Source: Deltaproteobacteria bacterium
Lineage (GTDB): Bacteria; Myxococcota_A; UBA9160; SMWR01
DNA length: 64,000 bases
Direction of reading: 5' to 3'
Assembly: GCA_032128115.1 (NCBI GenBank)
Contig: JAQBHB010000082.1
Coordinates: 1 to 64,000 of the forward strand
Shown: positions 48,230 to 58,155 of the stretch, in pieces
How the letters are laid out: each line of letters opens with the position of its first letter
Position numbering within the stretch: the first letter of the stretch is position 1
The notes under the pieces: model-generated
The model's database searches: none
Seen by the model: only the letters and a program-made list of their open reading frames with translations
What the model was told of the DNA's origin: nothing
Made by a program: the position numbers and the translations under genes

Positions 48230-49573
48230 GTGAGCCGCATCCTGATCGTCGACGACGAAGAGAGCATCCGGCGCTCCCTGGGCGGGATCCTTTCGGACGA
48301 GGGCTTCGAGACCGCGGTGGCGGCGAACGGCGAGAGCGCCCTCACGGCCATCGGGCGCGACGGTGCGCCCGATCTGGTGCTGCTGGACATCGCCATGCCG
48401 GGACGCGATGGCGTCGAGATCCTGGCCGAGCTTCGCGAGCGCTGGCCGGAACTTCCGGTGCTGATGATGAGCGGTCACGGAACCATCGAGACCGCGGTGC
48501 GCACCACGCGCATGGGTGCCTTCGACTTCGTGGAGAAGCCCCTCTCCATCGACAAGTTGCTGCTGACGATCCAGCATGCCCTCGATCGCTCGCGGCTGGA
48601 GAGCGAGAACCGAAATCTGCGTCGCCAGGCCCTTCGCGCTCACGAGATCCTGGGCACGTCCGACGCGACCGTGCACCTGGTGGAGCAGATCGCGGTGGCG
48701 GCGCCCACCAACGGCTGGGTTCTGATCACGGGAGAGAACGGCACCGGCAAAGAACTGGTGGCGCGCCAGATGCATCTTCGGAGCCGTCGCTGTCGCGAAC
48801 CGTTCGTAGAGGTGAACTGCGCCGCCATTCCCGAAGAGCTGATCGAGTCGGAGTTGTTCGGTCACGAGAAGGGGGCGTTCACCGGTGCGTCGTCCCAGAA
48901 GCGCGGGAAGTTCGAGCAGGCCCACCGCGGCACCATCTTCCTGGACGAGGTTGCCGACATGAGCGTGATGACCCAGGCCAAGGTGTTGCGGGTCCTCCAG
49001 GAGAGCACCTTCGAGCGCGTGGGTGGCAGTGAACGCCTGGAGGTGGACGTGCGCGTGATCGCGGCCACCAACAAGAACCTCGAGAAGGAGATCGCGGCGG
49101 GGAACTTTCGTGAGGATCTCTACTATCGCCTCAACGTGATTCCCTTCCACGTACCGAGCCTTCGCGAGCGTCCCGAGGACATCCCGATCCTGGCGGAGAG
49201 CTTCGTAGAGGAATTCTGTGCCGATTCGGGCATCAAGACCAAGCAGATCGGCAAGGCGGCCATGAAGCTGCTGCGCGCCCACGCGTGGCCGGGAAACGTG
49301 CGCGAGCTGCGCAACCTGATGGAGCGGCTGGTGATCATGACACCGGGCCCCGACATCGAACTTCACGATCTGCCGGACACGGTCCGAGCCACCTCCTTGC
49401 CCGTCAGCGCCTCCCTGGACGACGCCAGGCGCAGCTTCGAGCGCGATTACCTGCTGGCCCGCCTGCGCGAGCACGGCGGCAACATCTCGCGCACCGCCGA
49501 GGCGATCGGCCTGGCCCGGGAGAGTCTGTCGCGCAAGATCAAGTCCCATGGGATCGAGGTGGAGCGTGAGTGA
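48230..49573 (+). CDS. ntrX: NtrX-like sigma54-dependent response regulator
   Basis: Receiver domain (DD, D, MSGHG), GENGTGKE, ESELFGHEKGAFTGA, WPGNVREL, Fis-type HTH. Confidence 0.92.
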   Translation: MSRILIVDDEESIRRSLGGILSDEGFETAVAANGESALTAIGRDGAPDLVLLDIAMPGRDGVEILAELRERWPELPVLMMSGHGTIETAVRTTRMGAFDFVEKPLSIDKLLLTIQHALDRSRLESENRNLRRQALRAHEILGTSDATVHLVEQIAVAAPTNGWVLITGENGTGKELVARQMHLRSRRCREPFVEVNCAAIPEELIESELFGHEKGAFTGASSQKRGKFEQAHRGTIFLDEVADMSVMTQAKVLRVLQESTFERVGGSERLEVDVRVIAATNKNLEKEIAAGNFREDLYYRLNVIPFHVPSLRERPEDIPILAESFVEEFCADSGIKTKQIGKAAMKLLRAHAWPGNVRELRNLMERLVIMTPGPDIELHDLPDTVRATSLPVSASLDDARRSFERDYLLARLREHGGNISRTAEAIGLARESLSRKIKSHGIEVERE

Positions 49574-50372
49574 TCGGGCGCTGCCCATTCGCACCGATGC
49601 GCAGGTCGTGTCCAACGAGTCGGCGAGCGGTGCGAATCTGCGACTGGTGCTGCGCGTGCCCGGGTTCCCGGGCTTCGAACCGGGGCAGTTCGCCATGCTA
49701 TCGCCAGGCGCTTGCACCGGGGTGGATCGCAGTGACCCGCTGCTGCCGCGCCCCATGGCCATCTACCGGGCCCGCGGTGACGAAATCGAAGTGGTCTACA
49801 AGGTGGTGGGGCGCGGAACGGGCCTGCTGAGCCAGGTGCGGCCCGGCGAGCGTGTCCGCGTCGTGGGGCCCCTGGGGCTCGGGTTTGGCGAGCCGGGCCC
49901 GGGAGAGCGAGCCATTCTGGTAGCGGGCGGGACTGGAATCGCTTCGGTATACGAACTGGCCGCCCGCCTGGCGGGACGCTTCGACGTGGTGGTGTTGCTT
50001 GGCGCGCGCACTCGCGACGACCTGATGGGCCGCGACGACTTCGCGGGCCTGGACGTGAGACTCGAGATCGCCAGCGAAGACGGAAGCGAGGGGATCGAGG
50101 GCCTCGTCACCGCATTGCTCGAGGATGAGCTTGACGCCGGTGGCCCGGCCCGGGTCTACGCCTGCGGCCCCACCGCCATGATGCGAGCGGCTGCCGACCT
50201 GGCTGCGTCGCGGGGGGTGGCCTGCGTCGTCTCCCTCGAGAACACCATGGCGTGCGGCTTTGGCGTTTGCCTGGGCTGCGCGGCGCCGCTTGCCGATGGT
50301 GGCAGTGCCCTGGTCTGCCGCGACGGCCCGGTGTTCGACGCGAACATCCTGCGCTGGGACGCGCTCGCGTGA
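49566..50372 (+). CDS. pyrK: Dihydroorotate dehydrogenase electron-transfer subunit
   Basis: PGQF, RP, GPLG.GF, AGGTG, ACGP..M, MACGFG.CLGC..C.DGPVF. Confidence 0.93.
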   Translation: MSDRALPIRTDAQVVSNESASGANLRLVLRVPGFPGFEPGQFAMLSPGACTGVDRSDPLLPRPMAIYRARGDEIEVVYKVVGRGTGLLSQVRPGERVRVVGPLGLGFGEPGPGERAILVAGGTGIASVYELAARLAGRFDVVVLLGARTRDDLMGRDDFAGLDVRLEIASEDGSEGIEGLVTALLEDELDAGGPARVYACGPTAMMRAAADLAASRGVACVVSLENTMACGFGVCLGCAAPLADGGSALVCRDGPVFDANILRWDALA

Positions 50373-51289
50373 GCGTCGACACAGGCGTCGATCTGGCGGG
50401 AATCCCCCTGCGCAACCCCGTGCTCACGGCGTCGGGCACCTTCGGCTACGGCAGCGAATTTGCCCCGTTCCTGGATCTGCGGCGCATCGGCGGCTTCGTG
50501 GCCAAGAGTCTCACCCTGGAGCCCCGGGTGGGGAACCTGCCGCCACGCATTGCCGAGGCGCCTTCCGGGATGCTCAACGCCATCAGCCTCGAGAACGTGG
50601 GCGTGGATGCCTTCGTGCGCGAGAAGCTCCCGGCCCTCCCCGAGGGCGTCGTGGTGATCGCGAGCGTCTTCGAGACCGAGATCGACCGCTACGCGGAGGT
50701 CTGCAAGCGCCTGGCGGGCGTGGGCCGGGTGGCCGGCATCGAGATCAACGCTTCGTGTCCCCACGTGAAGAGCGGTGGCATCGAGTTCGGCCAGGACCCG
50801 GCCGTGCTGGCCCAGCTGGTGCGGGCGGCGCGCCGGGCGGTGCAGGTGCCCATGCTGGTGAAGCTCTCCCCCAACGTCACCGACATCGCCGCGATGGCGC
50901 GGGTCTGCGAGGGCGAGGGAGCGGACGGGATCAGCCTGATCAACGCGGTCCAGGCCCTGGAGGTGGACGTGGAGAGGCGCCGGCCGGTGCTGGCCAACGG
51001 ACTTGGGGGGCTTTCCGGACCCGCGATCCGCCCCATTGCCCTGCGCATGGTCTGGCAGGCTGCCCAGGCCGTGAAACTGCCGATCTGCGGCATCGGGGGG
51101 ATCACCAGCGCCGAAGATGCCGTGAAGTTCCTGTTGTGCGGGGCCTCGGCCGTGCAGGTGGGTACCAGCAACTACCTGGATCCGGCCATTGCCGGCGAGA
51201 TTGCCGACGGCATCGCCGCCTATGCCGAGCGCTGCGGGTTCGCCCGGGTCTCCGACCTGGTGGGGGCCCTGGAGAGCGGCACCGGCTGA
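50369..51289 (+). CDS. pyrD: Dihydroorotate dehydrogenase class 1B catalytic subunit
   Basis: NPV.TASGTFGYG, GMLNAI.L.N, EIN.SCP, KLSPN, GGLSGPAIRP. Confidence 0.95.
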   Translation: MSVDTGVDLAGIPLRNPVLTASGTFGYGSEFAPFLDLRRIGGFVAKSLTLEPRVGNLPPRIAEAPSGMLNAISLENVGVDAFVREKLPALPEGVVVIASVFETEIDRYAEVCKRLAGVGRVAGIEINASCPHVKSGGIEFGQDPAVLAQLVRAARRAVQVPMLVKLSPNVTDIAAMARVCEGEGADGISLINAVQALEVDVERRRPVLANGLGGLSGPAIRPIALRMVWQAAQAVKLPICGIGGITSAEDAVKFLLCGASAVQVGTSNYLDPAIAGEIADGIAAYAERCGFARVSDLVGALESGTG

Positions 51290-51468
51290 TCCCGCCCGGT
51301 TTGCGGCGGGTCCAGAATTTGGATAAATTACGCGGGCTTATACGGGCAGCCGCCGGTGGCGTCGCCCCCCCGCCAGATCTCGCGGGGAGGCTCTGGGAGC
51401 GGACGAGCCCGCGCGAATGTGAATTTGAATTTGAATGTGAGTGGGCCCTCCGGGGGGTCCGGGTCGGG

Positions 51469-51495
51469 AAAGTGGGCAGTTCGTCCGCTTTTTTT
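51469..51495 (+). promoter_or_regulatory. rimP-leader terminator/attenuator hairpin
   Basis: AAAGTGGGC-AGTTC-GTCCGCTTT stem followed by a T-run, about 60 nt before rimP. Confidence 0.7.
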
Positions 51496-51557
51496 GTTTC
51501 TGGGTGCGGTGCGCGCCGGCGCGCGCCGGCGCGCGGATTCGCAGGCGCGGTCGGATC

Positions 51558-52046
51558 GTGTATCGGGACATCCCGGAGGAGCTCCGAGTGTTGATCGAGC
51601 CCGTAGTGCAGGGTCGGGGACTCGAATTGGTTGACGTGCTGATGACGCGTGGCCGCGGGCCGTGGCTGATGCGGGTGACGATCGATACGCCGGAGGGGGA
51701 CGGTCGCGTCCCGGTGGATCGTTGTGCAGAGGTGTCGCGCGAGTTGGAAACCCATCTGGACACGGCCAACGCGGTGCCGGGCGAATACCGCCTGGAGGTG
51801 TCGTCGCCCGGGCTCGATCGGATGCTCGCCAGGGAGAAGGACTTCGAAGCCGCCCGGGGTTCGCAGGTGCACATCGAGACGCGGAACCCGCTGGACGGGC
51901 GCCGTCGCTTCCGCGGCCTGCTGGTGGCCTTCGAAGACGGCGTGGCGACGCTCACCGCTGACGGGGGCGAGGTGGGAATCCCGTTCGCCGAGGTGGCGCG
52001 CGCCCACACGATCTACGAATTCACCCGCGCGGACTTCGCGCGCTGA
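51558..52046 (+). CDS. rimP: Ribosome maturation factor RimP
   Basis: LELVDV, LEVSSPGLDR; first gene of the nusA-infB operon. Confidence 0.95.
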   Translation: MYRDIPEELRVLIEPVVQGRGLELVDVLMTRGRGPWLMRVTIDTPEGDGRVPVDRCAEVSRELETHLDTANAVPGEYRLEVSSPGLDRMLAREKDFEAARGSQVHIETRNPLDGRRRFRGLLVAFEDGVATLTADGGEVGIPFAEVARAHTIYEFTRADFAR

Positions 52047-52060
52047 GGGAGTAGGGGCAG

Positions 52061-53527
52061 ATGCTGGCTCTGAAAAGAGAGATCGATCAGGTCGCGAAGG
52101 ACAAGGGCATCGACGCCCGCGAGATCATCGGCGCCCTGGAAGAGGCGATGAAGCAGGCCGCTCGCAAGGAGCGCGGTCTCGAGACGGAGATCGAGGCGCG
52201 GTACAACGAAGAGCTGGGGGAGATCGAGCTCTTCGAGTTCCGCGAGGTCGTCGCGGAAGTGACCGACGCGAAGTCGCAGATCAACGCTGCGGATGCCAAG
52301 GCCTACGACCCGGAAGCCGAGCTCGGCGACGAGATCGGCGTGAAGATGGATTCATCCGGATTCGGACGCATCCTGGCCCAGACGGCAAAGCAGGTGATCA
52401 TCCAGCGCATTCGCGAGGCGGAGCGAGACAACGTCTACGAGGAATACAAGGACCGCGCTGGCGAGATCGTCAACGGCATCGTCCGGCGCTTCGAAAAGGG
52501 CGCCATCATCGTCGATCTGGGGCGGGCGGAGGCGGTGCTGCCCCTGTCCCAGCAGGTGCCGCGGGAGACGTATCGCCCCAACGACCGGCTGCGCGCGTAT
52601 GTGATCGATGTCAACAAGGCGGCCAAGGGCTCGCAGATCGTGTTGTCGCGCACCTGCATGGAGATGCTCACGAAGCTCTTCGAGCAGGAGGTGCCCGAGA
52701 TGTACGAGGGCATCGTGTCGATCCAGTCGGCCGCCCGCGAGCCCGGCGGGCGTTCCAAGATTGCCGTGGTATCGCGCGATTCCGATGTGGACCCGGTGGG
52801 CGCTTGCGTGGGCATGAAGGGCAGTCGTGTGCAGGCGGTGGTCCAGGAGCTGCGGGGCGAGCGAATCGATATCGTTCCGTGGAGCCCGGACCCGGCGCGT
52901 TACGTGTGCACGGCCCTGTCGCCGGCCCAGGTGTCCAAGGTGATCATCGACGACGCCGCGAAGTCCATGGATGTGATCGTCCCCGACGATCAACTGTCGT
53001 TGGCCATTGGACGCAAGGGACAGAACGTCCGACTCGCCGTGCAGCTCACCGGCTGGCGGATCGACATCAAGAGCGAGTCGAAGATGCGCGAGCTGGCCAG
53101 GTGGCTGGCCGAGGCCGTCTCGGTGGTGGACGGCTGCGGCGACGCGGACGCGGAGCTGCTCCTGCAGCAGGGCATCACGTCGCTCGAGGATCTGGCCCAG
53201 AGCCAGTCCGACCTGCTCACCTCGATCCCGGGCATCGACGAGGCCGGCGCAAAGCGAATCCGGGAGAACGCCCTGGTGCTGGCCGCGCGCAAGAAGGTCG
53301 AGGAGGAATCGGCAGCGCGGCTCGCGGTCGAGCAGGCGGCCGCTGAGCGGGCCGCCGCCGAGCAGGCGGCAGTAGAAGCCGCGGCCGCGGCCGAGAGCGA
53401 GGCCACTGTGGCCGAGGCAGACTCGGCGCCGGAAGATTCCGAGCCGAGCGCAGAGGGGGAGGGAGCTCCGGCGGATTCCCAGGAGGCAGCAGCCGGCGAC
53501 GAGTCCTCGGAGAAAAAGCTGAGCTAG
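52061..53527 (+). CDS. nusA: Transcription termination/antitermination factor NusA
   Basis: FGRI.AQTAKQVI.Q, AREPG.RSKIAV, DPVGACVGMKGSRV, SLAIGRKGQNVRLA. Confidence 0.98.
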   Translation: MLALKREIDQVAKDKGIDAREIIGALEEAMKQAARKERGLETEIEARYNEELGEIELFEFREVVAEVTDAKSQINAADAKAYDPEAELGDEIGVKMDSSGFGRILAQTAKQVIIQRIREAERDNVYEEYKDRAGEIVNGIVRRFEKGAIIVDLGRAEAVLPLSQQVPRETYRPNDRLRAYVIDVNKAAKGSQIVLSRTCMEMLTKLFEQEVPEMYEGIVSIQSAAREPGGRSKIAVVSRDSDVDPVGACVGMKGSRVQAVVQELRGERIDIVPWSPDPARYVCTALSPAQVSKVIIDDAAKSMDVIVPDDQLSLAIGRKGQNVRLAVQLTGWRIDIKSESKMRELARWLAEAVSVVDGCGDADAELLLQQGITSLEDLAQSQSDLLTSIPGIDEAGAKRIRENALVLAARKKVEEESAARLAVEQAAAERAAAEQAAVEAAAAAESEATVAEADSAPEDSEPSAEGEGAPADSQEAAAGDESSEKKLS

Positions 53528-53576
53528 CGCAGCTGGCTCCTCCGCGGTGGCTCGCACGCGCCGCGATCAGGTGGAT

Positions 53577-55976
53577 ATGGCGAAGATCAGAGCTTACAAA
53601 CTGGCCCAGGAGCTGGGGATCGAGCGTGCCGACATCGTCGAGAGGGCGGCGGCCGTAGGGGTCGAACTCAAGAGTTCGATGGCGTCCGTCGACGACGAGG
53701 ACGCCGACCGGCTGCGTCAGAAGCTCGGCGGCGCCCAGGCGCGCAGCAAGCTGGTCACCGAGGAGCGAGTGCTGCGCACGGGCGGTGCCGTGATCCGGAG
53801 GCGCCGCAAGGCGGCCGAGCCCGAGCCGATCGTCGAGGCGGAGCCCCTGCCCGCGCCGGTGGGCTTCGCAGCCGAGCCGGCCGAAGTGGAACCGCCGAGT
53901 CCCGAGCCGGAAGAAGTTCTGGAGCCGACCCCGGACTCCATCGCCCCGGACAGCGAGCCGACCCGGCCCGCCGCCTCTGGACGCGAGCGCCCGGACACCC
54001 AGGCCAAGGAGTCGCCCCAGGAAGCGGACCGGAACGCCAAGCAGCGCAAGCGGGTGCGCGAGGTGGTGAACCTGCGCGAGCAGGAGCGGCTTGCGCGCCA
54101 GGCGACCGGGCGTGCAGCGCCCATGCGGCGCCAGGTCACGCTCGAGCCGCGCAGCGCCGTGTCGCCGCGCCTGCGGCGTCGCGATGCACTTCAGACCCGG
54201 AAGCCCGTGGCGAAGGAGGCCAAGCGCGTGATCCGCGTCGAGGGCTCGGTGAACGTGGGCGAGCTGGCCAAGATGCTGGGCGAGAAGTCGCCCGCAGTGC
54301 AGAAGAAGCTCATGTCGCTGGGCACCATGGTGTCCATCAGCCAGGCGGTAGATGCGGACACCGCGCGCAAGGTAGCCGCCGAGTTCGGGTACGACGTCCA
54401 GGATACGGGCTTCCGCGAGGCGGAATATCTGGAGAAGCCCGCCGAGGAGGGGGGCGCCAACCTCCGGCCGCGCCCCGCCATCGTCACCGTGATGGGCCAC
54501 GTGGACCACGGCAAGACGTCCCTGCTCGACGCCATCCGACGCACCAACGTGGTGGCGGGCGAGGCCGGCGGGATCACCCAGCACATCGGTGCGTACCAGG
54601 TCGCGGTCGGAGACAAGAAGATCACGTTCATCGACACACCGGGACACGAGGCGTTCACCGCCATGCGGGCGCGCGGCGCCCAGGCGACGGACGTGGTGAT
54701 CCTGGTGGTGGCTGCCACCGACGGCATCATGCCCCAGACGGTCGAGGCCATCGATCACGCCAAGGCAGCGGGCGTTCCCCTCGTGGTGGCCATCAACAAG
54801 ATCGATATGCCCGGCGCCAACGCCAAGCAGACCCGCCAGCGCCTCCTGGAGCACGACCTGGTGCCCGAGGAATTCGGCGGCGAGACCATCTGCGTGGACG
54901 TGTCGGCAACCCAGGGCACCAACCTGGACAAGCTGCTCGAGATGGTATTGCTGCAGGCGGAGCTGCTCGAGCTCAAGGCCGATGCCAGCCGGAAGGCCAC
55001 CGGAGTCGTCCTCGAATCCCGCCTGGACACGGGGCGCGGCCCGGTGGCCACGGTATTGGTGCAGGAGGGCACGCTCAGGCCCGGCGATATCATGGTGGTC
55101 GGCACGGTCTGGGGTCGCGTGCGGGCCGTGGAGGACGAGAACCGCCAACGCATGCAGGAGGCGCCGCCGTCGTGCCCGGTGCAGGTGATCGGCCTGGGGT
55201 CCGTTCCCGAGGCGGGCGGTATCGTGCACGTCGTCGAGAGCGAGCGTGTGGCCAAGGACATCGTCGGTCACCGCCTGGCTGAGCGACGGGCCGGGCCCAG
55301 CGAGGAGATCCCGCGAATCACCCTGGACGACTTCTTCGCGCAGTCCGGGGGGGGTGGCATCAAGGAGCTTCCGCTCGTGCTCAAGGCCGACGTGCACGGG
55401 TCCGTGGAGGCGGTGCGCGATGCACTGCTGAAGCTCTCGCGAGACGCCATCAAGGTGAACGTGCTCCACACGGGCGTGGGAGCCATTACCGAGACCGATG
55501 TGATGCTCGCCAAGGCCAGTGGCGCGATCATCGTGGGCTTCCACGTGCGTCCCGATCCGGCCGGACGCAAGGCCGCCGAGAGCCAGGGAGTCGATGTCCG
55601 GATCTACCGGATCATCTACGAGGTGGTGGACGACGTGCGGCTGGCCATGGCCGGACTGCTGCCGCCCACCGTGACCGAGGCGTTCCTGGGCCGTGCCGCG
55701 GTGCGCCAGATCTTCAGCGTGCCCAAGGTGGGCACCATCGCCGGCTCCCAGGTGCTCGAGGGCGTGATCCGCCGCGGCGGCTCCGCGCGGCTGGTGCGCG
55801 ACGGGGTCCAGATCTTCGAGGGCAAGGTGGGATCGCTCAAGCGCTTCAAGGACGACGCGCGTGAAGTGGCGACGGGAATCGAGTGCGGAATCGGGATCGA
55901 TGGTTACAACGACATCAAGGAAGGTGACGTCATCGAAGCCTACGTGCTCGAGGAGAAGCCTGCATTGCTCGATTGA
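53577..55976 (+). CDS. infB: Translation initiation factor IF-2
   Basis: [43 protein letters not shown]. Confidence 0.98.
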   Translation: MAKIRAYKLAQELGIERADIVERAAAVGVELKSSMASVDDEDADRLRQKLGGAQARSKLVTEERVLRTGGAVIRRRRKAAEPEPIVEAEPLPAPVGFAAEPAEVEPPSPEPEEVLEPTPDSIAPDSEPTRPAASGRERPDTQAKESPQEADRNAKQRKRVREVVNLREQERLARQATGRAAPMRRQVTLEPRSAVSPRLRRRDALQTRKPVAKEAKRVIRVEGSVNVGELAKMLGEKSPAVQKKLMSLGTMVSISQAVDADTARKVAAEFGYDVQDTGFREAEYLEKPAEEGGANLRPRPAIVTVMGHVDHGKTSLLDAIRRTNVVAGEAGGITQHIGAYQVAVGDKKITFIDTPGHEAFTAMRARGAQATDVVILVVAATDGIMPQTVEAIDHAKAAGVPLVVAINKIDMPGANAKQTRQRLLEHDLVPEEFGGETICVDVSATQGTNLDKLLEMVLLQAELLELKADASRKATGVVLESRLDTGRGPVATVLVQEGTLRPGDIMVVGTVWGRVRAVEDENRQRMQEAPPSCPVQVIGLGSVPEAGGIVHVVESERVAKDIVGHRLAERRAGPSEEIPRITLDDFFAQSGGGGIKELPLVLKADVHGSVEAVRDALLKLSRDAIKVNVLHTGVGAITETDVMLAKASGAIIVGFHVRPDPAGRKAAESQGVDVRIYRIIYEVVDDVRLAMAGLLPPTVTEAFLGRAAVRQIFSVPKVGTIAGSQVLEGVIRRGGSARLVRDGVQIFEGKVGSLKRFKDDAREVATGIECGIGIDGYNDIKEGDVIEAYVLEEKPALLD

Positions 55977-56305
55977 TCGTCGGCGCCGCAGTCGTCGAAC
56001 TCACCGTTCACGGCTCGCAATCGCTGAAGCAGAAGCGCGGCGTAGTGCGCTCGATCAGCCAGCGGGTGCGCAATCGCTTCAATCTGTCGGTAGCCGAGGT
56101 GGGCGGTCAGGGCACCTGGCAGCACGCGGTACTGGGCCTGTCGGCGGTGGGCGGAGACGCGGTCAACGTGCGCAGGGTGCTCGACCGCGCGGTCGTGTTC
56201 ATCGAGGAACTCCACCTGGCCGAGGTGGCCCACAGCGACGTAGAGATCCTGGATCTGCCCACCGTAGACGGCGGGGAACTCGGCAGATGGGACCACGAGG
56301 AGTGA
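55973..56305 (+). CDS. DUF503 (YlxP) family protein
   Basis: SLKQKR.VV.S...R.RFN.SVAEV; canonical position between infB and rbfA. Confidence 0.9.
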   Translation: MIVGAAVVELTVHGSQSLKQKRGVVRSISQRVRNRFNLSVAEVGGQGTWQHAVLGLSAVGGDAVNVRRVLDRAVVFIEELHLAEVAHSDVEILDLPTVDGGELGRWDHEE

Positions 56306-56309
56306 CACC

Positions 56310-56657
56310 GTGTCGCGACGCACGGAGAGGATCGGCGAGGATCTCCGGGGAGAGATCGCGCGCGTCCTGCACGAAGACGTCTCGGATCCCCGGATCGAGA
56401 TGGTGAGCCTGACGCGGGTGGACGTGGCACCGGACCTCTCTCACGCCCTGGTGTTCTGGAGTTCGTTGCAGTCGGAATCGATCGATCGCATCCAGGAGGG
56501 GCTGGAGAGTGCCGCCGCGTTCGTTCGCCGCCGGCTGGCCCGCCAGCTTCCGCTCAAACGCACGCCCGAGCTGCGCTTCCGTCACGATCCGTCACTCCAC
56601 CTGGGCGACCAGACCCTGTCGCTGATCCGAGACCTGGACGATGGTGAAGTCTCGTAG
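56310..56657 (+). CDS. rbfA: Ribosome-binding factor A
   Basis: RR.ERI, DPRI, V..DLS.A.V, TPELRF..D.S. Confidence 0.95.
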   Translation: MSRRTERIGEDLRGEIARVLHEDVSDPRIEMVSLTRVDVAPDLSHALVFWSSLQSESIDRIQEGLESAAAFVRRRLARQLPLKRTPELRFRHDPSLHLGDQTLSLIRDLDDGEVS

Positions 56658-57588
56658 GCGACGCGCGACGGAACGGCCGGGACCGGCCGGATTCCTGGTG
56701 GTGGACAAGCCCACCGGCTTGACGTCCCACGACGTGGTGGCGATCGCGCGGCGCTGGCTGGGCACGCGCCGCGTGGGGCACCTGGGAACCCTGGACCCGC
56801 TGGCCACGGGCGTGCTGCCCCTGGCGGTGCGAGAGGCCACCAAGCTGGTGCCGTTTCTCGAAGGGGGCACCAAGGGCTACGCGGGGGCCATCCGCCTGGG
56901 ATCGGAAACCGACACGCTGGACGCCGAGGGCCGGGTGCTGCGCGAGCACCAGGGGGCGCTCCCCGATGTGGCCGCCGTGCGGGCCGCACTGGCGGGATTC
57001 CGCGGTGAGATCCAGCAGGTGCCCCCCATGTTCAGCGCCGTCAAGCAGGGCGGTGTGCCCCTGCATCGGTTGGCGCGCGAGGGTCGCGAGGTGGATCGCG
57101 CACCCAAGTCGGTTCGCATCGACCGCGTGGAGCTGTTGGCCTACGCGCCGCCGCTGGTGGAGATCGAGGTGGTGTGTTCGGCGGGTACCTACGTGCGGGC
57201 ACTGGCCGCCGACCTGGGCCGTGTCCTGGGCTGTGGCGCACACCTGGCCTCCCTGCGGCGCACCTGGAGTGCACCCTTCGAGGCGGCCCAGGCCCTGACC
57301 GTCCAGGTGTTGGAGTCCGAGGCGGAGGCGGGCAAGCTGGAGGCGAGGCTGATCCCGTCCGCCGTGGCCCTGGGCTTCCCGGTGTTGTGCCTGGATCGGG
57401 ACGACACCCGCAGGGTGCTCCACGGTGCCGAGATCGCCCCCCTGGGATCGCCCTTTCCGGATCTGGCCACGGGCTCCCGGGTGACGGCGCTGGAGCCTGG
57501 CGGGGAGATGGTGGCCGTGCTGGAGATGAGGCCGGGTCGCCGGCTGCATCCGCTGCGCGTCTTGCGCTCGCTTGCCCCGCCCGGGTAG
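56641..57588 (+). CDS. truB: tRNA pseudouridine(55) synthase
   Basis: DKP.G.TSHDVV, GH.GTLDPLATGVL, QVPPMFSAVK, CSAGTYVRAL. Confidence 0.97.
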   Translation: MVKSRRRRATERPGPAGFLVVDKPTGLTSHDVVAIARRWLGTRRVGHLGTLDPLATGVLPLAVREATKLVPFLEGGTKGYAGAIRLGSETDTLDAEGRVLREHQGALPDVAAVRAALAGFRGEIQQVPPMFSAVKQGGVPLHRLAREGREVDRAPKSVRIDRVELLAYAPPLVEIEVVCSAGTYVRALAADLGRVLGCGAHLASLRRTWSAPFEAAQALTVQVLESEAEAGKLEARLIPSAVALGFPVLCLDRDDTRRVLHGAEIAPLGSPFPDLATGSRVTALEPGGEMVAVLEMRPGRRLHPLRVLRSLAPPG

Positions 57589-57648
57589 CTCTGTCACACT
57601 CCCGCCCGGTAAAGGAAAAGACGTGAGAAACCGCAAGGAAAGCCAGCG

Positions 57649-57924
57649 TTGAGCACATCGACTGTCAGGGCGATCGCGGGCGAGACGCTCGCAGCCTACC
57701 GAGCCCACGAAAAAGACACGGGATCTTCGGAGGTTCAGATTGCCCTGTTCACCGAACGTATCAACGGGCTGTCCGAGCACTTCAAAGCACATACGAAGGA
57801 TCATCATTCGCGTCGGGGCCTTTTGAAGCTGGTAAGTCGGCGCAGACGACTGCTCGACTACTTGCACCGCAAGAGCCCCGACCGGTACCAGGCGCTCATC
57901 GAGCGTCTGGGGTTGCGCCGCTGA
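57649..57924 (+). CDS. rpsO: 30S ribosomal protein S15
   Basis: [16 protein letters not shown]...[13 protein letters not shown] start after AAGGA. Confidence 0.97.
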   Translation: MSTSTVRAIAGETLAAYRAHEKDTGSSEVQIALFTERINGLSEHFKAHTKDHHSRRGLLKLVSRRRRLLDYLHRKSPDRYQALIERLGLRR

Positions 57925-57967
57925 AGGGCGCTGGCACAGGGTCGGCGAACTCCGCGGACATTACAGA

Positions 57968-58094
57968 AAGACGGTCGGCGCAGGACGCGCCGCCGTGGGA
58001 TGCGGAACTCTGTCATACGCGAAGTCTGGACTTCGCGCATCACTGATTCCGCATTCCATCGCGTCTCGTTCCCAATTACCCCTCGCGCCGTCTT
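57968..58094 (+). promoter_or_regulatory. Long stem-loop in the rpsO-pnp intergenic region (candidate RNase III site of the pnp leader)
   Basis: Nested pairings AAGACGG/CCGTCTT, GACGCG/CGCGTC, TGGGATGCGGAA/TTCCGCATTCCA, CGCGAAGT/ACTTCGCG. Confidence 0.7.
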
Positions 58095-58155
58095 CCCCGT
58101 CGAACAAGCACTCCGGCCCTCCCAGATTCGAGGCTCGGAGAGGAGACGCTATTTC

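Noticed and set aside
38191..49762. Very long ORFs such as 38191..42231 (+), 43564..45807 (+) and 46757..49762 (-); also 3405..6428, 7779..10583, 18157..20439, 33924..36398
   Set aside because: Antisense or alternate-frame shadows of clear genes, expected in high-GC DNA; no recognisable motifs of their own.
57932..57946. TGGCACAGGGTCGGC as a sigma54 promoter for pnp
   Set aside because: Spacing fits but the -12 TTGC element is absent; likely chance in GC-rich DNA.
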